From NCBI GenBank assembly GCA_033762915.1, contig JANRLD010000009.1:1-46162 (forward strand): DNA of 46,162 nucleotides, given 5' to 3'. The DNA comes from Meiothermus sp. (lineage in GTDB: Bacteria > Deinococcota > Deinococci > Deinococcales > Thermaceae). Of the stretch, positions 39,426-46,162 are shown in pieces (position 1 is the stretch's first letter; every line of letters starts with the position of its first letter). Below the pieces are notes generated by a model. The model had not been told where the DNA came from. It saw only the letters and a program-made list of their open reading frames with translations, and made no database searches. A program made the translations under genes and the position numbers.

Positions 39426-39500
39426 GAGCGGTTCCCACGCAAACTCCCTACGGTGCTAAAGCGGGCGGTTTTTGCTGTTAAGGAGTACTTTACCTGCCGC
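39426..39500. repeat. intergenic repeat, same family as 3561 and 36073
   Basis: GAGCGGTTCCCAC...GGTGCTAAAGCGGGCGGTTTTTGC...GGAGTACTTTACCTGCCGC; the last part recurs at 41751. Confidence 0.55.
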
Positions 39501-39753
39501 GAGGTAGGTCCTGGTGGCAAACGGGTTGAGGCGCCAGGGAGGGTAGGTGGACGCTCGAGGTCCGCACCAAGTTGCGCCATAGTGAGTTTGCGAAACCCTC
39601 CTCGCGACCCAGGCAGCGGGCTTACAAGCGGAATTCCCTAAAGGGCTGCCGGGCGGTGTTTCGTGTCCCAGCTATGGAGACCCATAACGCCTTGGTGGCC
39701 CTGGCGTCAAGAGCGACACTTCTCACCCAAACCTGTATGCTAGGGCTTGGTTT

Positions 39754-40572
39754 ATGCGCGATTTCCTCGACTACTTGTTTAAGGAGTGGTTCCGCCAGGT
39801 GGGCGAGGCCCTGCTGCTGGCCTTCCTGGTCACCACCTTCCTCTTCACCACCGTGGGCGTGGTGGGCAATTCGATGAACCCCGCCGACGGTGGCGCGCTC
39901 CCGCGCGGGGCACAGTCGCTGGAGAACGGCGAGCGGGTGTTTGTGCCCAAGTACGAGAACTGGCTGGTGCGCTTCGGCTTCATGCAGTGGCGGCGCGGCG
40001 AGGTGGCCATCGTTAAGCCGCCCGAGGGCACCCCCAACGCGGTGGCCCGCTTCCCCTTCATTGGCTTCGAGTTCCGGGCCTTCTTCATCAAGCGCATTGT
40101 GGCGGTTCCCGGCGACGAGGTGCGGGTGGTGGAGGGCAAGGTGACGGTGAACGGCCAGGTGATTAACGAGCTGCACATCGACCAGTTCAACCGCACCTAC
40201 CCCGTCAACTACCCCGGAGTCTGCTACCAGAACGGCCAGCTGACCAAGCTCACCACCCAGCAGGGCAGCTTCGCTATCTCGGAGATTCCGCCGTACCTCG
40301 AGCGCACCGTGCAGATGCTGGTGCCCCCCACCGCCGACGAGCAGGCCCGCAGCCAGAGCGGCGAGTACTGCACCACCGGCGCGCTCAAGCTCAAGCCCGA
40401 CTACTACTTCGTGATGGGCGACAACCGCACCATCGGCGGCTCTGAGGACTCCCGCACCTTCGGCCCCATCCCCACCGCCTCTATCGCGGGCCGCGCCAAC
40501 GCGGTCTGGTGGCCGCTCAACAAGATTCGCGGCCTGCCCCTGCCCGACGGCTTCAAGGCCAGCCAGCCGTAG
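39754..40572 (+). CDS. lepB: signal peptidase I
   Basis: TM anchor, V.G.SM.P (Ser), FIKRIVAVPGD (Lys), YFVMGDNR...SEDSR.FG. Confidence 0.95.
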   Translation: MRDFLDYLFKEWFRQVGEALLLAFLVTTFLFTTVGVVGNSMNPADGGALPRGAQSLENGERVFVPKYENWLVRFGFMQWRRGEVAIVKPPEGTPNAVARFPFIGFEFRAFFIKRIVAVPGDEVRVVEGKVTVNGQVINELHIDQFNRTYPVNYPGVCYQNGQLTKLTTQQGSFAISEIPPYLERTVQMLVPPTADEQARSQSGEYCTTGALKLKPDYYFVMGDNRTIGGSEDSRTFGPIPTASIAGRANAVWWPLNKIRGLPLPDGFKASQP

Positions 40573-41102
40573 CTCGAGCCCCTGCACCAAACGCCCGGTG
40601 CGTATTTACGGCAGACGCAACCTGGTGTTCTAGACTCGGGCAAGGTATGTGCGCAAGCCCCCACCAGCCATACCGAAATGGTTTCGTATGGCAAACACAA
40701 TGATTGCCTCCGGAGCGACCTGGATCGTTTCAAAAACGAGACCCCACATGGCGGGGGACTTTTTTTGCCTTGTAACCCGACAGTGGTACGCCGTGTCCGA
40801 CAGCGCATATCGCTATGGCACGAGCCACTTCCGCCTCGGTGAGACCGCTGCCCTGAACTTCCCTTCCCCGACGCGGGCATTTGGTCTGTTCGTGGTTCAC
40901 ACCCTTACGGTGAAGCGCAGTCCGGCGCAATGCACTCGGCACAGCAAATACGGCGTTACCGGGTTCTTGTGCAAACCTCTTTGAGAGAACACCTGCACAC
41001 GGGTGTTACCGTGAGCCGAAGAGGGTCGGCCTCTGCTATACTGACCTTGCCGCAAACAATCCTGCTCAATCAAGCCTGCCAACACAGGCCGGAGGTCCAA
41101 TT

Positions 41103-41702
41103 ATGCTCACCGAAAGATACACTCAAGCCTTCCAGCTCGCCGCCCGGCTCCACCAAAACCAGCGGCGCAAGGGCACGAAAGTGCCCTACCTATCGCACCT
41201 GATGGCCGTCTCGAGCCTGGTGCTCGAGTACGGCGGCACCGAGGACGAGGCCATCGCGGGCCTACTCCACGACGCAGTAGAAGACCAAGGCGGGCGGGAG
41301 ACGCTCGAGCTGATTCGCACCCAATTTGGCAGTGCAGTAGCGGACACCGTGTGGGCCGTCTCCGACACCGACGTTAAGCCCAAACCAGCCTGGAGGAAGC
41401 GCAAGGAGATCTACATCGCCCACGCCAAAGTGGCCAGCCCCTCGGCCCGGCTGGTTTCGGCCTGCGACAAGCTGCACAACCTGCGCTCCATCCTGCGCGA
41501 CACCCTCGAGCAAGGCGAACGCCAGTGGGCGAGATTTGTGCCCGAGGCCGAGAGCCTGGAGGCCAAGCGCGAGGCAGTACTGTGGTACTACGAGCAGCTG
41601 ATGGGGGTCTACCTCGAGTCCGGCCCGGAGCGGGTGGGGCGGGAGCTAAAGCGTACCCTGGGGGCGCTGCTCGAGGCTATCGCAGAGCCCTCGCGGCCCT
41701 GA
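41103..41702 (+). CDS. HD-domain protein, small alarmone hydrolase (SAH/Mesh1-like)
   Basis: H.NQ.RK...PY..H...V, A.LLHDAVED, DKLHN.R. Confidence 0.8.
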   Translation: MLTERYTQAFQLAARLHQNQRRKGTKVPYLSHLMAVSSLVLEYGGTEDEAIAGLLHDAVEDQGGRETLELIRTQFGSAVADTVWAVSDTDVKPKPAWRKRKEIYIAHAKVASPSARLVSACDKLHNLRSILRDTLEQGERQWARFVPEAESLEAKREAVLWYYEQLMGVYLESGPERVGRELKRTLGALLEAIAEPSRP

Positions 41703-41799
41703 ACCGACCACCCGCCACACCTCGGACAGCACCGCCCGGGCTTTCCCGAGGGAGTACATTACCTGCCGCTGCGAGGGAGGAAGTGGTGGGAAACGCGAA

Positions 41800-41900
41800 A
41801 GGGAATTGCGCCTCGGGTAGTCGCTTCGCGGCTATGGCGCACGCCACTCCGCCCTGGGTAGCCGCATCGCGGTTATGGCGCACGCCACTGTGCCCAGGCA
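41800..41900 (+). repeat. dispersed repeat containing two tandem 41-bp units
   Basis: GGGTAG.CGC.TCGCGG.TATGGCGCACGCCACT at 41815 and 41856. Confidence 0.8.
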
Positions 41901-42124
41901 CGTATGTACCGCATCTGCAGATTGGGCACTTCTAGCCTGGCGCAACTCAATCCCAGTTTGCCCAGCCGCACAACCCATACCGGCCCGGCCGAAGGTGGCC
42001 GAGCCGCCGCCTTTCCAAATCGATTGGCCTTGGGTATATGCTGGCCTGAAATGAAAGCTGATCTGGCTCTGAATGTCTACCAGACCTGTGGCCACGAGGG
42101 TTTGAAACCCCAAGGAGCGCTCTG

Positions 42125-43003
42125 ATGCCCCGGGTGGGGGTGGTGGGGGTCGGCACGATGGGGATGCTGGCCGTGCAATTGTTGTTGGAAAAGGGTCAGG
42201 CAGTGGTGGTCAGCGATGTCAATCCGGCTGCCCTCGAGCGCGTACGGTTACTGGGGGCACAGCCCGTAGATGCACTGGCCCAAGTGGCCGAGCAGGCCGA
42301 AATTATCTTGTTGTTTGTGCCCGGCCCGGCTCAGGTTGAGGCGGTGGTGGCCGGAGACGGCGGGTTGTTGTCGGCCGGGCGGACTGGGCAGACCATCGTC
42401 GATCTGAGCACCATCGATCCACAGACCACCCGCCGCCTTGGTCGGCAAGCCGCAGACCTGGGGGTTGATTACCTGGATGCCCCGATCCTGGGCCGTCCGG
42501 CGGCGGTGGGCCGCTGGGTTTTGCCGGTGGGTGGGGAGGCCGAGGTTCTGGAGCGCTGCCGTCCGGTGCTGGAAAAACTGGCTCGAGAGGTGATCCACGT
42601 GGGTCCGCTGGGTGCCGGCCATACCCTCAAGCTGCTCAACGCCCTGATGTTTTCGGCCATCAATGCCATGACCGCCGAGATGATGGCGATTTCACACAAA
42701 GCAGGGCTCGAGCCCAAAGTGCTCTACGAAACCATAACCGCCAGCGAGGCCGCTACGGTGAGCGGGTTGTTCAGGGAGTGCGGACGAAAAATCGTCGAGC
42801 GTGACTTCGACCCCGCCTTCACCATAGACCTGCTGTGTAAAGACAACGGTTTGGCGATCCAAATGGCCAAAGAAGTCGGTGCCCCGCCCCTGCTGGCCGG
42901 TGCGATTCAGACCATCAACGAACTGGCCAAGGCCACCGGACATGGCCGCGAAGATACCAGTGCGCTGGTAAAGGTATACGAACAGCTGCTCGAGGTTCGC
43001 TGA
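42125..43003 (+). CDS. beta-hydroxyacid dehydrogenase family (3-hydroxyisobutyrate / tartronate-semialdehyde reductase-like)
   Basis: GVGTMG, VDLSTIDP, YLDAP..G, G.G..LKLLN, F..DL..KD..LA. Confidence 0.88.
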   Translation: MPRVGVVGVGTMGMLAVQLLLEKGQAVVVSDVNPAALERVRLLGAQPVDALAQVAEQAEIILLFVPGPAQVEAVVAGDGGLLSAGRTGQTIVDLSTIDPQTTRRLGRQAADLGVDYLDAPILGRPAAVGRWVLPVGGEAEVLERCRPVLEKLAREVIHVGPLGAGHTLKLLNALMFSAINAMTAEMMAISHKAGLEPKVLYETITASEAATVSGLFRECGRKIVERDFDPAFTIDLLCKDNGLAIQMAKEVGAPPLLAGAIQTINELAKATGHGREDTSALVKVYEQLLEVR

Positions 43004-43023
43004 CCCGGTACGGAGGCCCCGAT

Positions 43024-44445
43024 ATGCAAGAAGTCACCCTGGACTATGGCGATGGGGTTATGGGCGTGAATGTGCCCGATAGCGCATCCGTGGTGCGCTA
43101 CGGTCAGACCTTTAGCGACCCACCCGAGATAGACCCGTTTGAAGCCACCCGACACGCGCTCGAGCATCCACTGGGGATGGAGCCCTTGCGTGAACTCGCC
43201 AAGGCCGGTCAAAAAGTGGTAATTTCCTTCCCCGACCGGGTCAAGGGAGGGGCACACCCCAAGGCCCACCGCCGGGTGGCCATACCCATCATTGTCGAGG
43301 TACTGCGCGAAGCGGGGGTTGCCCTGGAGGACATCACCCTGCTGTGTGCAGTCGGTCTACATCGCCACAACACCCACCAAGAACTGCTCTGGTATTTGGG
43401 CAAAGACATCATCAACGCCTTCTGGCCCGACCGCATCGTGATGCACGATGCCGAAGACCCGGCGGGCATCGTGGACCTGGGTCAGGACAAGATGGGCAAT
43501 GTGGTGGACTGCAACCGCCTTCTGGCCGAGGCCGATCTTTCCATTTTGATTGGACATGTGCAGGGCAACCCCTACGGCGGCTACAGCGGCGGCTACAAAA
43601 TGGCGGTCACCGGTACTACCTCGTGGCGCTCGATTCGCAGCCACCACAACCCAGACACCATGCACCGCGACGACTATTTACCCGCCTCGACCCATTCCCA
43701 CATGCGCCACCAATTCGACTCGATGGGCAGGGCCATGGAGCAGGCCCTGGGCAAGCGCTTCTTCGCGGTGGATGCGGTGATTGGCAGCCGCGCGCAGGTC
43801 CTGGGGGTGTATGCGGGGGCCATCGAGCAGGTGCAAAAAGCAAGCTGGCGGCTGGCCTCCCAGAGAACCGATGTGGAACTGGACAGCACTGAACCGTTTG
43901 ATGTGTTGGTTTTTGGCTTGCCTCGAGCCTTTCACTACGGGCCGGGCATGGGCAGCAATCCCATCCTCATGTTGCAGTCTATTGCCGCACAGCTCACGCG
44001 CTGCTATGGGGTCTTCCGCGAGGGCGGAGTTATCATTGCGCCCGCCATTTGCGATGGCTGGTTCAACCCCTCCTGGTTTCCCTCCTATGAGCGCGCCTAC
44101 AACAAACTACAGGAGCTGAGCGACTTCGCTGACATTTTTGATCACCAAGACCATCTCGCCTCTGACCCCGATGCGATCTTTCGCTACCGCTTCGACTACG
44201 CCTATCACCCAGGTCACGCGCTGTCGATGGTTTCGATGGGAGCCATTGCCCACCAACACACCAGCGCCATCTTGGTACCCGGGGCCAAGTCTCCGGGTCA
44301 CGCCCGTGGCATGGGCTGCATCCCAACCAAAACCTTCGACGAAGCCCTGCGCTACGCCGAACGCTACGTAGGGAAAAACCCGCGCATTCTGCTTACCCCG
44401 GACGCCTTTCGCGTTGCGGGGGTACACCTACAGTTGAAAAGGTAA
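43024..44445 (+). CDS. LarA-superfamily (DUF2088) nickel-pincer racemase/epimerase homolog
   Basis: AL..P.G..PL..L, V.I..PD, A.GLHR, MHD, GYSGG.K, EGG.II....C.DG. Confidence 0.8.
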   Translation: MQEVTLDYGDGVMGVNVPDSASVVRYGQTFSDPPEIDPFEATRHALEHPLGMEPLRELAKAGQKVVISFPDRVKGGAHPKAHRRVAIPIIVEVLREAGVALEDITLLCAVGLHRHNTHQELLWYLGKDIINAFWPDRIVMHDAEDPAGIVDLGQDKMGNVVDCNRLLAEADLSILIGHVQGNPYGGYSGGYKMAVTGTTSWRSIRSHHNPDTMHRDDYLPASTHSHMRHQFDSMGRAMEQALGKRFFAVDAVIGSRAQVLGVYAGAIEQVQKASWRLASQRTDVELDSTEPFDVLVFGLPRAFHYGPGMGSNPILMLQSIAAQLTRCYGVFREGGVIIAPAICDGWFNPSWFPSYERAYNKLQELSDFADIFDHQDHLASDPDAIFRYRFDYAYHPGHALSMVSMGAIAHQHTSAILVPGAKSPGHARGMGCIPTKTFDEALRYAERYVGKNPRILLTPDAFRVAGVHLQLKR

Positions 44446-44781
44446 CATCCCGGCAGATACCAACGCCACCCCCGTCCAGCCAGAGCGCTGGGGGTATTCA
44501 GCCTGAGTAGTGGCGCCGAAAAAGCGGTCAAGTCAGCCGCCCGGCGTAGTGTGAGGAAATGTGCTCGGCACATTGAGGCTGGAGGTCTAGCCCTTGATGT
44601 CCAAAGAGTAACGGACCTCGGTAGTGAAGAGAAGATTGACGCGTTGCAGTAGGTCTAGGGTGGTACTTCTCGGTCTGGAGGCTTGAATGCACCACCGACG
44701 CACCGCACGGGCTTTCTCCCACACTTCGTCGTTGTCAACTCGTTGGCGACCTTGCTCAGTCCCAAAGGCCATAAAACGACT

Positions 44782-44812
44782 AAACCCCCGCCTTGTTAGA
44801 GCGAGGGTTTTT
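44782..44812 (-). terminator. hairpin just downstream of the tRNA 3' fragment
   Basis: Minus strand AAACCCTCGC-loop-GCGGGGGTTT. Confidence 0.5.
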
Positions 44813-44836
44813 GCCGTTGGGGTTTGTACTTCTGAC

Positions 44837-44887
<51 letters not shown>

Positions 44888-45531
44888 GGGGTCAAATTTG
44901 GCGCAGCAGCCCAACCGGGACTGCGGCCACTTTTCGCCTTATATATCGTATTTTTACAGAATTCTTTCACGCTGATTCATACTAGCACATACGGCTAAAA
45001 ACGGGGTCATACGGGCTCGGTAACTCCCCATACAAGTCTTTTGCCAGTCGTCAAAATCACTCACTACCAGCTGATTGGATGTCCAAGTTACAACCCAAAT
45101 TGCCCCCACATTCCACCACGGAGCTCGACGAGCGACGCCTGTCGGCCCTGGAGAGCCCCACACCACGCGGCAGGTACACCCCTACCAAAATCGAGACCCT
45201 GCAGGCAGGCATGCCCAAGACTCCGCGCTGGGATTTGTCTAACTGGTTTTTACGATATGGCGGTAGCCATACCTCCGCTAGAGCTCTTGGGAGCGCCTCG
45301 TATCAACCAGGGCGAATCTCAGCAGCGCCGACGGCGCACCCAAGACCCCCCCCAGCCCTGGGAGCCGGACGCGGGTATCGAGCGAAGGCCAGCAAGGCTC
45401 ACTATCCCGGCCGATGCGCCGAGCGGCCTGACCCGGCTTTCAGATAGCGAGGTTTCACGAAACACCCTGTCAAGGGCATTTCTGCGACCGCTTACGCCTT
45501 CGTCCGAGAGCTAAAGCGCGGCTGTATGGCT

Positions 45532-46162
45532 TCAATCCAGCCTGTCCTCTTTGGTCTGATTCCCTGGATACACTTGGAGCAATGAGTAGAGGGCCTCGGT
45601 CAGGGTTGAGAGTTCGCCAGCCACGCGGCGCAGCTTGGCAGCCTGGTTCAGCTTGGGTAGGTCGAGATTGGGTCGGCTGAAGTAGTTTGAGAGGCCCTCG
45701 AGGAACAAGGAGTAGAAGTGGGACTTGAAGCAGAGCATGTCGGCAAGGGTCTTCTCAGGACTATAGACCCGGAGCTCCTGCCCGCCAATCGGGTAAGCCT
45801 CAATCCCGAAATCGTAGGTCTTGGGGCTGAAGAAGAAGACCTCGAGCGGGGGATTCTCCAGTCTGGGCGGCTTGCGATCGCGGGGCACGGCGATATGTAC
45901 GGCGTCGGGGATATATTTGGTCAGTCCATGAAAGGCCAGGGCCGAGGCCAGACAAATCACACCGTAGGGGATGCGGAGCTGCACCTCGAGCTGCACCTCG
46001 TGGAGCCCCGGCCCGGCCCCGACTGCCCGGTAGACCCCGCGCTGGAGCCGTTCGAGCCGGCCCCGTCGCAGCCAGCGGGTCAGGATGTAGGGGTCGAGGC
46101 CTGCCTCCTCCACCCGCCTGCGGGTGAGGAGCACCCCCTCTCGGGCAATCAGCTCCTCGAGG
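45532..46162 (-). CDS. type IV toxin-antitoxin AbiEi-family antitoxin / transcriptional regulator (start probably beyond the window)
   Basis: wHTH G.L.R..RGVY, G.ICL.SAL.FHGLT...P....IA.P, Y.PEKT..D; frame open to the window end. Confidence 0.85.
   Translation of the reverse strand, partial: LEELIAREGVLLTRRRVEEAGLDPYILTRWLRRGRLERLQRGVYRAVGAGPGLHEVQLEVQLRIPYGVICLASALAFHGLTKYIPDAVHIAVPRDRKPPRLENPPLEVFFFSPKTYDFGIEAYPIGGQELRVYSPEKTLADMLCFKSHFYSLFLEGLSNYFSRPNLDLPKLNQAAKLRRVAGELSTLTEALYSLLQVYPGNQTKEDRLD

Noticed and set aside
41815..41896. 41-bp tandem units as a CRISPR array
   Set aside because: Only two abutting units, no unique spacers and no cas genes
45041..45514. Plus-strand ORFs inside the island edge (157 aa and 122 aa)
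   Set aside because: No recognisable domain; possibly decayed gene fragments, but not supportable without a search

Overview
GC-rich chromosomal window, most likely from a Thermaceae bacterium (Meiothermus/Calidithermus-like). The evidence is Thermus-type LeuB and Icd, a PriA with degenerate helicase motifs, many leaderless genes and a large excess of CTCGAG. Left part: 5' end of prs, a DUF3810 protein, priA, two tRNA-Ser genes, an MFS transporter, an Amt transporter with an unknown partner gene, and two tandem alpha/beta hydrolases. Centre: a ~15.5 kb reductive pyrimidine-degradation region (preT, preA, dihydropyrimidinase, NitT/TauT-type ABC importer, beta-ureidopropionase, Nudix). It is interrupted by accessory genes: a low-GC HNH nuclease, a serine hydrolase, a Kelch protein, LysE, small membrane proteins and a frameshifted SnoaL-like gene. 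Right part: phnD-(DUF4344)-phnC-phnE, leuB, two SDRs, purE, icd, hbd, lepB, an HD-domain alarmone hydrolase, and a dehydrogenase plus LarA-family pair. The window ends at a tRNA-Pro 3'-half att site marking the edge of an integrated element that carries an AbiEi-type antitoxin. The most interesting signal is the preT leader: a PyrR-type binding hairpin overlaps a terminator-like hairpin, suggesting PyrR has been re-wired as an ON switch for pyrimidine catabolism. All calls come from reading the sequence; no searches were run.
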